The notes under the pieces were generated by a model. That model had not been told where the DNA came from. It ran no database searches and saw only the letters and a program-made list of their open reading frames with translations. A DNA stretch of 64,000 nucleotides from Balanoglossus misakiensis. Taxonomy: Eukaryota; Animalia; Hemichordata. A program made the translations under genes and the position numbers. Positions 47,201 through 59,878 of the stretch are shown here, piece after piece. The first letter of the stretch is position 1, and each line of letters opens with the position of its first letter. The DNA lies in the NCBI GenBank assembly GCA_040954595.2, contig CM082583.2:1932925-1996924 (forward strand), read 5' to 3'.

Positions 47201-50200
47201 TTGAACCCTTGAATTTTTAATTAGTCACATGACCTGGCGGCCATCTTGGATTTTCTGAAAAAATGCAAATCTCAGATCTCAGAAACTACAAGTCAGATCG
47301 ACTTCAAATTTGGCATGCTGGTAGACTACCTTCTGGCAATCATTTTTGTTATTGGAAATTATACTGACAAAGTTGCAATTTTTTGCTACAATTTTTTTTC
47401 TGAAATCTGGCTTAAATTTCAAAAATCTTCTTCTCCAGAACCGGTGATAACCGAGTCATGCGGTTTGGGGTATGTGGTCACCTAACTGATGTCTATCAAG
47501 TTTGCGAAGATCATTGTGATTGGTTGAAGATTATGGCGGCCATATTGGATTTTCGAAAAACCATAGTAAAATTTCAAAAATCTTCTTCTCAAGAACCGGC
47601 GATAACTGAGTCACAAGATTTGGTGTGTGTGGTCATTAAACAGATGTCTATCAAGTTTGCGAAGAGGAATGTGATTGGTCGAAGATTATGGCGGCCATAT
47701 TGGATTTTGTGAAAAATGATTAAAAAGTAAAAATTCCCTTTCTAGCCTAAAAATTGATAGCACAGAAATTCTTTTTACGGATATGAATCATCATATGCCA
47801 AGAATAAGCTATAAATATTTTGGTAATTTTGGCAATGACCTTTGACCTACTTTTGACACATGATTTTTCTGCATATCTAATTCCAGGCTAACCAATAGGG
47901 CTATAAGTTTGGTTTTTGATGTATGTGGATTTGTATGTGATCCAAAAATTTTGCTATTTTTCATGACCCCATTGACCTCTGGTGACCTCATTAAATATGC
48001 ACATACCTAATTACAGATGAACCAATAGACCTAGAAGTTTTGTTTTTGTTATACATGGACCAGTATGGGGTCAAAATATTTTGCCCAAATGTTGGGTGAC
48101 CTCGGGTGACCTTTGACCTACTTTTGCATATCTTGACATCCACAGCAGATACAGCCTTGGCGTTTGGAGGTATGGGGCCATAATGAAAAGCCAAAGTTTT
48201 GGGTCACCTGTGACACCTGCTTAACTCATTAATTATGTGCATACCTAATTCTAGGGTAACCAAAAGGGCTAGAGGTCTGGTTTTTGTTGGACATGGACCA
48301 CTATGGGTCAAAATTTTCTGCCCAAATGTTGGGTGACCTCTGGGTGACCTTTGACCTACTTAACACTTTAACAGCACCAAACATACATATAACTTGATAT
48401 TTCATGGGATAAAACAGCATTATGTTTCTACTCATTAATTATGTGCATATCTAATATCAGATCAGATAATAGAGCTGGGGCCCGAACAATGCTGCTTGCA
48501 GCTTTAATTCTTTCTTTATTCTTGTGTCAATTCTTTGTCGCTCTAGATCTCAGAGACCACTGCAGGTACACTTCTGAAACTTGCTACAGTGGTCAAGGTC
48601 AATGAGTAGTCGTGCATTGAACCCTTGAATTTTTAATTAGTCACATGACCTGGCGGCCATCTTGGATTTTCTGAAAAAATGCAAATCTCAGATCTCAGAA
48701 ACTACAAGTCAGATCGACTTCAAATTTGGCGTGCAGGTAGACTACCTTCTGCCCATCATTTTTGTAATTGGAAATTATGCTGTCAATGTTGCAGTTTTTT
48801 TGCCACAATTTTTTTTCTTAAATCTGGTCAAAATTTCAAAAATCTTCTTCTCCAGAACCGGTGATAACCGAGACACGGGGTTTGGTGTATGTGGTCACCT
48901 AACTGATGTCTATCAAGTTTGCGAAGATCATTGTGATTGGTCGAAGATTATGGCGGCCATATTGGATTTTCGAAAAACCATAGTAAAACTCAAAAAATCT
49001 TCTTCTCCAGAACGGGCGATAACTGAGTTGCAAGATTCGGGGAGTTTGGTCACTTCACTGATGTCTATCAAGTTTGCAAAGAGCATTGTGATTGGTCGAA
49101 GATTATGGCGGCCATATTGGATTATGTAAAAAGCAGTGAAAAATTGAAATTCCTTTTCCTAGTGTAAAAATTGATAGCATACAAACTCTTTTTATGGATA
49201 TCAATCGTCATGTGACTAAATTATGTTACAATTTTTTGGCGATTTTTCACATGACCTTTGACCTACTTTTCACACGTTATTATTTCTGCATATCTATTTC
49301 CAGGCTAACCTATAGGGCTAGACGTTTGGTTTTTGATGCATGTGGATTAGTGTGTGATCAAAATATTTTGCTACTTTTCATGACCCCTTTGACCTCTGCT
49401 GACCTCATTAATTATGCACATAGCTAATTACAGGCGAACCAATAGAGCTAGAGATTTGGTTTTTGTTGGACATGGACCACTATGGGAACAAAATTTTTTG
49501 CCCAAATGTTGGGTGACCTCTGGTCACCTTTGACCTACTTTCGCATATCTCAGCATCCAGAGCAGATACAGCCTTGGCATTTGGCAGGATGGGGCCAAAA
49601 TGTACAGCCACATTTTTGGGTCACCTGTGACACCTGCTGACCTCATTAAATATGCACATACCTAATTACAGGCGAACCAATAGAGCTAGAGTTTTAGTTT
49701 TTGTTTGACATGGACCAGTATGGGTCAAAAAAATTTGCCCAAATGTTTGGTGACCTCAGGTGACCTTAGACCCACTTTCGCATATCTCAGCATCCAGAGC
49801 AGATACAGCCTTGGCATTTGGCAGGATGGGGCAAAAATGTACAGCCACATTTTTGGGTCACCTGTGACACCTGCTGACCTCATTAAATATGCACATACCT
49901 AATTACAGGCGAACCAATAGAGCTAGAGTTTTAGTTTTTGTTTGACATGGACCAGTATGGGTCAAAAAATTTTGCCCAAATGTTTGGTGACCTCAGGTGA
50001 CCTTTGACCTACTTTACTCTATTTCAGTAGGAAAAATACACACGTCCTTGTTATGTCATGAGATAAAACACCCGATAGAGCATTCTGTTTCTTCTCATTC
50101 ATACTGTGCATATATAATACCGGATCAGCGCTTGGGCCCGACAATGCTGCTTGCAGCTTTAATTCTTTCTTTCTTTCTTTCTTTCTTTTTTCTTGTGTCA

Positions 50201-53200
50201 ATTCTTCGGCCAACTAAATCTCTGAAACTACTGCAGGTACACTGCTCAAACTTGCTACAGTGGTCAAGGTCTATGAGTAGATGTGCAGTGACTTGTGAAT
50301 ACTTAATTAGTCATGTGACCTGGCGGCCATCTTGGATTTTCTGAAAAAAATCAAATCTCAGATCTCAGAAACTACAAGTCAGATCGACTTCAAATTTGGC
50401 ATGCAGGTAGACTACCTTCTACCCATCATTTTTGTAATTGGAAATTTTGCTGTCAATGTTGCAGTTTTTTTGCTACAATTTTTTTTCTGAAATCTGGCTT
50501 AAATTTCAAAAATCTTCTACTCCAGAACCGGTGATAACCGAGACACGGGGTTTGGGGTATGTGGTCACCTAACTGATGTCTATCAAGTTTGCGAAGATCA
50601 TTGTGATTGGTCGAAGATTATGGCGGCCATATTTGATTTTCGAAAAACCATAGTTAAACTCCAAAAATCTTCTTCTCCAGAGCGGGCGATAACTGAGTTG
50701 CAAGATTCGGGGAGTATGGTCACTACACGGATGTCTATCAAGTTTGCAAAGAGCATTGTGATTGGTCGAAGATTATGGCGGCCATATTGGATTTTGTAAA
50801 AAGCAGTGAAAATTTGAAATTCCTTTTTCTAGTCTAAAAATTGATAGCATACAAATTCTTTTTATGGATATCAATCGTCATGTGACTAAAATAGGTTACA
50901 ATTTTTTGGCGATTTTTCACATGACCTTTGACCTACTTATCACGCGGTATTATTTCTGCATATCTAATTCCAGGCTAACCTATATGGCTAGACGTTTGGT
51001 TTTTGATGAATGTGGATTAGTGTGTGATCAAAATATTTTGCTACTTTTCATGACCCCTTTGACCTCAGCTGACCTCATTAATTATGTACATAGCTAATTA
51101 CAGGCGAACCAATAGAGCTAGAGGTTTTGTTTTTGTTGGACATGGACCAGTATGGGATCAACATTTTTTGCCCAAATTATTGGTGACCTCTGGTGACCTT
51201 TGACCTACTTTCGCATATCTCAGCATCCAGAGCAGATACAGCCATGGCATTTGGTAGGATGGGACCAAAATGTAAAGCCAAATTTTTGGGTCACCTGTGA
51301 CACCTGTTGACCTCATTAAATATGCACATACCTAATTACAGGTGAACCAATAGAGCTAGAGTTTTGGTTTTTGTTGGACATGGACCAGTATGGGTAAAAA
51401 AAAATTGCCCAAATGTTGGGTGACCTCAGGTGACCTTTGACCTACTTCACCCTATTTAAGCAGCAAAAATACACACATCCTTGTTATGTCAAGATATAAT
51501 ACATCCGATAGAAAATTCTGTTTCTTCTCATTCATACTGTGCATATATAATTCAAGATCAGCGCTTGGGCCCGACAATGCTGCTCGCAGCTTTAATTAGG
51601 GCCCAAGCGCAAGCAAGCGCTTGGGCCCTATTGGTTTCGTTGGGGTTTTTCTGTCTTTCCTTCTTTCTTCTTTCTTTCTTTATTCTTGTGTCAATTCTTT
51701 GTCGCTCTAGATCTCAGACACCGCTGCAGGTACACTTCTGAAACTTGCTACAGTGGTCAAGGTCAATGAGTAGTCGTGCATTGAACCCTTGAATTTTTAA
51801 TTAGTCACGTGACCTGGCGGCCATCTTGGATTTTCTGAAAAAATGCAAATCTCAGATCTCAGAAACTACAAGTCAGATCAACTTCAAATTTGGCATGCAG
51901 GTAGACTACCTTCTACCCATCATTTTTGTAATTGGAAATTTTGCTGTCAATGTTGCAGTTTTTTTGCTACAATTTTTTTTCCTGAAATCTGGCTTAAATT
52001 TGAAAAATCTTCTTCTCCAGAACCGGTGATAACCGAGACACGGGGTTTGGGGTATGTGGTCACCTAACTGATGTCTATCAAGTTTGCGAAGATCATTGTG
52101 ATTGGTCGAAGATTATGGCGGCCATATTGGATTTTCAAAAAACCATAGTTAAACTCCAATAATCTTCTTCTCCAGAATGGGCGATGACTGAGTTGCAAGA
52201 TTCGGGGAGTATGGTCACTACACTGATGTCTATCAAGTTTGCAAAGAGCATTGTGATTGGTCGAAGATTATGGCGGCCATATTGGATTTTGTAAAAAGCA
52301 GTGAAAATTTGAAATTCCTTTTTCTAATCTAAAAATTGATAGCATACAAATTCTTTTTATGGATATAAATCGTCATGTGACTAAAATATGTTACAATTTT
52401 TTGGTGATTTTTCACATGACCTTTGACCTACTTATCACGCGTTATTATTTCTGCATATCTAATTCCAGGCTAACCTATAGGGCTAGATGTTTGGTTTTTA
52501 CTGAATGTGGATTAGTGTGTGATCAAAATATTTTGCTACTTTTCATGACCCCTTTGACCTCTGCTGACCTCATTAATTATGTGCATAGCTAATTACAGGC
52601 GAACCAATAGAGCTAGAGGTTTTGTTTTTGTTGGACATGGACCAGTATGGGATCAAAATTTTTTGCCCAAATGTTGGGTGACCTCTGGTGACCTTTGACC
52701 TACTTTCACATATCTCATCATCCAGAGCAGGTACAGCCATGGCATTTAGTAGGATGGGACCATAATGTAAAGCCACATTTTTGGGTCACCTGTGACACCT
52801 GCTGACCTCATTAAATATGCACATACCTAATTACAGGCGAACCAATAGAGCTAGAGTTTTGGTTTTTGTTGGACATGGACCAGTATGGGTAAAAAAAATT
52901 GCCCAAATGTTGGGTGACCTCAGGTGACCTTTGACCTACTTCACCCTATTTCAGCAGCAAAAATATACACGTCCTTGTTATGTCATGAGATAATACATCC
53001 GATAGAAAATTCTGTTTCTTCTCATTCATACTGTGCATATATAATTCAAGATCAGCGCTTGGGCCCGACAATGCTGCTCGCAGCTTTAATCTTTCTTTCT
53101 TTTTTCTTGTGTCAAATTCTTCGGCCAACGAGATCTCTGAAACTACTGCAGGTACACTTCTCAAACTTGCTACAGTGGTCAAGGTCAATGAGTAGATGTG

Positions 53201-54512
53201 CAGTGACTTGTGAATAATTAATTAGTCACGTGACCTGGCGGCCATATTGGATTTTCTGAAAAAATTCAAATCTCAGATCTCAGAAACTACAAGTCAGATC
53301 GACTTCAAATTTGGCATACAGGTACACTACCTTCTACCCATCATTTTTGTAATTGGATATTTTGCTGTAAATGTTGCAGTTTTTTTGCTACAATTTTTTT
53401 TCTGAAATCTGGCTTAAATTTCAAAAATCTTCTTCTCCAGAACCGGTGATAACCGAGACACGGGGTTTGGGGTATGTGTTCATCTGACTGATGTCTATCA
53501 AGTTTGCGAAGATCATTGTGATTGGTCGAAGATTATGGCGGCCATATTGGATTTTCGAAAAACCATAGTTAAACTCAAAAAATCTACTTCTCCAGAACGG
53601 GCGATGACTGAGTCGCAAGATTCGGGGAGTATGGTCACTACACTGATGTCTATCAAGTTTGCAAAGAGCATTGTGATTGGTCGAAGATTATGGCGGCCAT
53701 ATTGGATTTTGAAAAAAGCAGTAAAAAATTGAAATTCCTTTTTCTAGTCTAAAAATTGATAGCATACAAATTCTTTTTATGGATATCAATCGTCATGTGA
53801 CTAAAATATGTTACAATTTTTTGGCGATTTTTCACATGACCTTTGACCTACTTATCACGCGTTATTATTTCTGCATATCTAATTCCAGGCTAACCTATAG
53901 GGCTAGACGTTTGTTTTTTGATGAATGTGGATTAGTGTGTGATCAAAATATTTTGCTACTTTTCATGACCCCTTTGACCTCTGCTGACCTCATTAATTAT
54001 GTGCATAGCTAATTACAGGCGAACCAATAGACCTAGAGGTTTGGTTTTTGTTGGACATGGACCAGTATGGGATCAAAATTTTTTGCCCAAATGTTGGGTG
54101 ACCTCTGGCGACCTTTGACCTACTTTCGCATATCTCAGCATCCAGAGCAGATACAGCCATGGCATTTGGTACGATGGGACCAAAATGTAAAGCCACATTT
54201 TTGGGTCACCTGTGACACCTGCTGACCTCATTAAATATGTACATACCTAATTACAGGCGAACCGATAGAGCTATAGTTTTGGTTTTTGTTGGACATGGAC
54301 CAGTATGGGTCAAAAAAATTTGCCCAAATGTTAGGTGACCTCAGGTGACCTTTGACCTACTTCACCCTATTTCAGCAGCAAAAATACACACGTCCTTGTT
54401 TTGTCATGAGATAATACATCCGATAGAAAATTCTGTTTCTTCTCATTCATACTGTGCATATATAATTCGAGATCAGCGCTTGGGCCCGACAATGCTGCTC
54501 GCAGCTTTAATT
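44236..54512 (+). mobile_element. Array of seven ~1.4-1.65-kb Helentron/DINE-1(HINE)-like non-autonomous elements
   Basis: Units end at ~45572, 47013, 48509, 50164, 51597, 53090 and 54512 with subterminal GCTTGGGCCC, a GCTGC-NN-GCAGC hairpin and TTTAATT. Complete heads (GGGCCCAAGC...GCTTGGGCCC palindrome, then a (TTTC)n tract) occur at 47031 and 51598. Internal subrepeats are present; no TSD. Confidence 0.8.
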
Positions 54513-55286
54513 ATTATCTGCTGTGGTGGGATTCCTGCCTTCGTCTGTGTTTGAACGGTTGTCTTCCGTACAGAGTGATTTGTTTTTCGCCCACCAAACT
54601 TCATTGCAGCTGCAGCTCGTGGCATAAATGAGGCGATTTTATTTTTCCCCATCGGTCGATCGAAATACCACACGAGTGAGTTGATGTCGACTGCGGGTAT
54701 CGGTTGCAGATAGAATGGGCTGTCCAGGGTACATTTTTCGATCGGGCGGTGTTGAACGTGCTCGCGATAAATTCTGATAGGGTTTCTGGTAGAATCGGCA
54801 ACAGAGAAAATGCGAGGTGGTACGGCACGACGATCTCCATATGTTCCATCGCGTGTTTTGGTATCGCGTTCCCGGAACTCTAAAAAATCGAGGCCAGAGC
54901 TATCCCTTTGGATAGTGATGTCTCCGAAGCACAGTTTTCTGTGCTCGTCCCGACCGCGTAGACCGAAGTGCTTCGTGAATAAATACCACAGAGTGAAATT
55001 CAAGGTGTCACCGTCAGCGCTGCCAAGTTTGCCTTCTTTCCACATTGCCTCCTCTTCTTCTGGAGATATAGCTTCACTAGCATAACTGCCAGAGCCCATG
55101 CCAGACTTCTCGCTCAGTCGTACGAACCGTGCTCGGTTTTCTTTGCGATTTGATGAAATCGTTCACACTTGCCAAATCATCTTCACCAACTGTTGCCTCG
55201 CTTTCTCCTTCGAGTCCGAAAAGTAAAACATCTAATTCGTCTTTTGGAATTTCTTCCATCCACCGGATAATATCGTCCGCAGCCAT
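54513..55286 (-). pseudogene. Crypton-type tyrosine recombinase (DUF3504; KIAA1958/QRICH1/ZMYM-related), internally deleted and C-terminally truncated
   Basis: EEEEAMWKEGKLG..L..TLWYLFTKHFGLRGRDEH, ERDTKTRDG, SPFYLQP, WY..PMGKNKI and TNHSVRKT. The N-terminal piece (FIKSQRKPSTVRTT) is in a different frame. The ORF stops at GIPPQQII, where the Helentron-like array begins. Confidence 0.85.
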
Positions 55287-55925
55287 AATTTATCGTACTC
55301 AGCGCAGTGAAGTGGAGCAGACGACAACTTTCGAATCTCGCGCAATAAAAACAAAAGTAGATCCGGATATTGAACGCGTCTTCCAAATATGGTCACCGGG
55401 CCGGGGCGTATTATGCAGCACAAAGGTCAAAAGGTAACTTCGAGATTTCACATCTTCAGTGATTCATAAGTGACGTTAATCTCAGGTTGTATTTCAAGGT
55501 CAGTGTGAATTATTCTTATGGCGTCACAATGTCGTAGTGTGTTTGCGTCCAAGAGATGGAGGAGAATGAGCTGAGGGGAACCAGAGAGAGGGGGAGACAG
55601 GCAGACAGAATTAGCCGCACACAGGTTTGAAGTTGCCATGTTATTTCAATTTAGAAAAGGGTTGTCAGCTACTTTGTGCATGAGAACACTTTTCATTTCT
55701 CCTTGCAGAGGCAGAAAATAAGAAACAGGCAGAAAGTAAGAAAAAGGAAAACAAAAATGTTACTTTCAGTGAAAATAGAACGGTCTACGTTTTGTATGAG
55801 GAGCTCAAGAAATCTTCTGGTTATGAACTGGTAAGTGGCGCAATTCGTTGTTGTAATCATTAAATGATTTTAGATTCCATTCCCATAGCTTGTATTACAT
55901 TTTTTCTATATTTTAACACGTCAGT

Positions 55926-56013
55926 CACACACGCGCGCGCGCGCGCACACACACACACACACACCCATACACACAGACAGACAGATAGACAGACAGACGC
56001 TCAGACAGACAGA
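55926..56013 (+). repeat. (CA)n/(CG)n/(GACA)n compound microsatellite
   Basis: Read directly. Confidence 0.9.
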
Positions 56014-56773
56014 CGTACATGCATAGTTAGCTGGATATGTTTAGCAATCAAATTTGTGAATACATGCACAGGAATTAACCTTGTTTCATGTCCAATCTAA
56101 ATGTAGGAGTCTGCGAACATGAATACGGAAGGCACTGGAGTTCAATCGGGTTAGTGCATTTTGTATTAATTTTAACATTGTTTAGGATATATTGTGTGTT
56201 TTCCACCATTATATACAGTTTAGTGGTAAGTTTACTGACGTTTCATTTTTCGATTGTGTAATTCCAGGAAATCAAACCATTGAATGATTTACCACCCCCA
56301 AAGCACACATGGGTACAACAGGCACATGGTCCAGGGCCGATCGACAGGAGAACCGCCACAATGAAATAACATTCCACTAAATAAAATATCACACTCCGTA
56401 TATACAAGCTCTCCATTCATTAAATAAGTCTTCGATAGTTTTAGTGTCGCCTGATGAAATTATGCCCACGTCACGACTCTGGGGACCAGTGCTAATAAAT
56501 TCGACATTGTAGCTGAGATAGCGTTGGTGGGCATGGTCAACATATCCGATACCATAGTGGGCAATGAGGGTAGAAATAACCAAGTTAATCGCGATTTCGT
56601 TCAATTTAGGCCTACTACGATAACTATATACATTGTATGTACTGTGAATTTAGAACAGTTAAAACGGTTTCCCTTGGTTACAGGATGTTTGCTTTCATGT
56701 GACCGACGCCCTCTCAAAAAGATAAGGTTCTCTTGTAACGGACTTTGATAGTATTGATTAAAATGTCGGATTG

Positions 56774-58407
56774 GTGGGAAATGGAAAAATCCATATATTG
56801 AGTATTCTCTTACTTAATTCGGTCTATAACCTTGTCTTATAGCATTAATCACGATATAAATACATGCAATTCGATGCAAGTCGCACAGTTTTATTGTATA
56901 GAGTTGTGAGGTGGGACGGTAAGGAAGAGCCGGCCACCATAGCGTGTCTATACCATGGGCTTCGTAGATGCCCTATCCTGATATCAGCGAAGAGCACTGT
57001 ACCCGATTTGCACGCACGGGGGACTTTTGGTGATAACACCAAACTCTGCATGAACTTTACACCAATGAAAAAAGATCGCCATTTCCAAGAGAGTACATGG
57101 CACGGCCGGAGATTATTACGCTGTTCACTGCCATGGGGAAAATAGTCAATTTGGATATAAAAAAGGCACAGACTTGGCACTGTTAAAGCGCGTAGCTCAT
57201 CTCACAGGCATATTCCAGCTGTAGCCGCTGGTTACAGGCGTTTAGTGAACAGTCAATCCCATGAGGCTGCTCTGTCCTAACGACAGAGAAGATGGCGGCG
57301 CCCATAATCTGTGTCGGAGATCGTGAAAAGACACCAGCTTGGGTGAAAAGGAGGGACAAAACCAGAATCTATACTTATACGGTGCGCATGAAAAATGGAA
57401 GGAAGCGAAGGCAATCCACTATTTGAATGCATCGAACGGAAAATTGGCTGGGAAGTTACGCGCATGCGCGTGAGACAAGACACACAACACAGACAATCCC
57501 CCAAATTTAAATCCCCGGGGACACAACAGAGGTACAGGTACAAGATGCTGACTTATTTGTACAAAATCGATGCAAACGTTAATTACATGATAAAATTCCA
57601 CCTTGGGGATTCTGATACATTTCAACGAAACACCTTTCCAACGTTAATCAGAATAAAACATTTAAAGTGACATTCCATTGATTATACCTTAATGACGTCA
57701 TGAGAAATCTATTGACTTTTCCATAGCAACAATATCTCCACCCCCGCCTGCCTTGTAACATGCGATAGGTTATATCTTTGGTATTTATTTATTCATTGCT
57801 TATTTATCTTTCTCGTAACACTTGATTGATCGACATACATTGTAAGTTGTACACCTTGCTGTATCTGTACATTCCAGCCATATTTTTCACTACAGGTTGT
57901 AAATTTAAATTTATCAAAACAGTCTTCTGGTGTTTTTGTGAGCCGAATGAGAAGCTGACTACGCATGCGCCACGATGTTTTTTGAAATGTTATCACATAC
58001 ATTAGAATCATATTCATTCACTCGTTTGTGAAATGTGAAAGGCCATGCATTCCGAATGCCTTTTCACTATCTGACATTTTGTTTAATATCTCTCCTAGAA
58101 TCACCCCCCCCCCAAAAAAAATCTCTTTAGACTTAAATGATGAAAACATACTGGTCTGAATGCTGCACATGCGCGATGAACGGCAGTGTGGCGTTTGGAT
58201 TAACACTGAATAATTTACTAACATAATTTTGACCCGTAGCGATTACAGTCCACACCACGTGGAAGCAGGGTATATGATAAAAAGGGCACAACACCCTGGT
58301 TTTTATAAAGGGTCAAAGTCCTGAAATATTGTCCTTGTTCACATTCGTTACTATGATTAGGTAGTAGTAGTAGAAGTAGTAGTTGTTGTTGTTGATGATG
58401 ATGATGA

Positions 58408-58440
<33 letters not shown>

Positions 58441-59846
58441 CAATTAATTACAAAACAGCTGCAGCATGAATCGCTATGAAATTGATGAGTCGCGTATGCC
58501 CATGGCTGTTAGTATAAATAATTAAAACAAAATGTCGAATCGTTAAATTTATTGTGGTACTAAATGGATTTGCATGACATGCCAATTTTGTAAATGTTCA
58601 TGATGGAACTCGTATGTGTTCTTGGTCAAATTCGCGACGCACAATTCTCTGGAGGTTTATTTTTACACAGAAGAAATGAACAACACCACGTGTAGAGGGC
58701 GCCATGTGTTGGAGAAGCAGTGACTAGTGCGTTCTAGTCAGTTGTTGCCGTGTTACCGCATGGGGTGTAATCTCAAGCCAGATTCTGAATAACGCATGAT
58801 TTTCGATTGGCGGTACGTAGCTTTGGTAAACGTTGGTTAATAGCAGAAATGCTGCGTTGTTATGACAACAGACCAGTACAAGGAATAACCCGGAACTGTT
58901 TTCTGTTTAATCTAGGTGGGAATAATATGGCAGACGTTTCACATAATACCCATCGTTTTATTTCATTGTCACTAGTTTTTTTTATGTTCCATTTCCTAAA
59001 ACAACATAATTGCGTGTGAAGTTGTAAGAAGAAATTGCTAATTATACATTGGATTGTGAAAGTGTTAAACCAAAACGTGCAAGGAGACGCCATTACAAGT
59101 GCCTCATCTCACTAGCCATTATAATTAACCATACGAATATCAGGATGGTAATCCTTGCAATAGTAGTGGTCGCGTTCGTCACATCGTTGGAAAGAGCAGT
59201 ATTGAACCGGGCTTGAAAATGTCACTTTTCGGCCTGTTGGCAAGGCGGTCCGGACACTTTAATATTAAAAATACAACGCCATATTAAGGTATAGGATGCT
59301 ATGCAGGAATTGAGATCTCTTTATTAATAATGGAACTCAATACGTATTGACTTGTATTTTATAACGCTATTATTCGTCACGTAAACCTACCATGTTTAAA
59401 AAAATACAACTTACGTTTTAGGGGAGTTTTTAAGCATACTAAACGTTAATTGGATTTCTCAAGCAATTTAACAGCTTATATCATGTCGATTCATGCAAAG
59501 TACACTGTTGTTCACTTCTTGAAGACAGAGAGGGATGTTAAAGATACGACATACAAAAATCGTTTACTTACATCAACTGAACTACATATGACATGTAAGA
59601 TATCGTCCTCATAAAATTCTAATGTACATTCTAAACACTCCTCGCTTCTTTCTTCTTCTAACAAGTGTCCCTGAAATGAAAAATGTAACTCCTGATAGCA
59701 TTATTTTTAAGTTCATGTTATTTTCGATAAACGATAACAACATTCAGTTACTAGACAGAGTCAGATGATATCCACACACTCTGATCGAGGCGACCAACAA
59801 GCACTCAGCGACGGACGGACATACAGACAAGACAGACAGGCAGAGT

Positions 59847-59878
<32 letters not shown>

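Noticed and set aside
44333-54554. Recurrent small ORFs (MQISDLRNYK..., MDINRHVTK..., MTFDLLHPIS...) as a gene family
   Set aside because: They are by-products of the repeated non-coding element; frames open and close between units and no domain is recognisable.
56270-56750. Possible membrane-protein or GPCR fragment
   Set aside because: Only vague hydrophobicity with multiple stop codons and no diagnostic motif.
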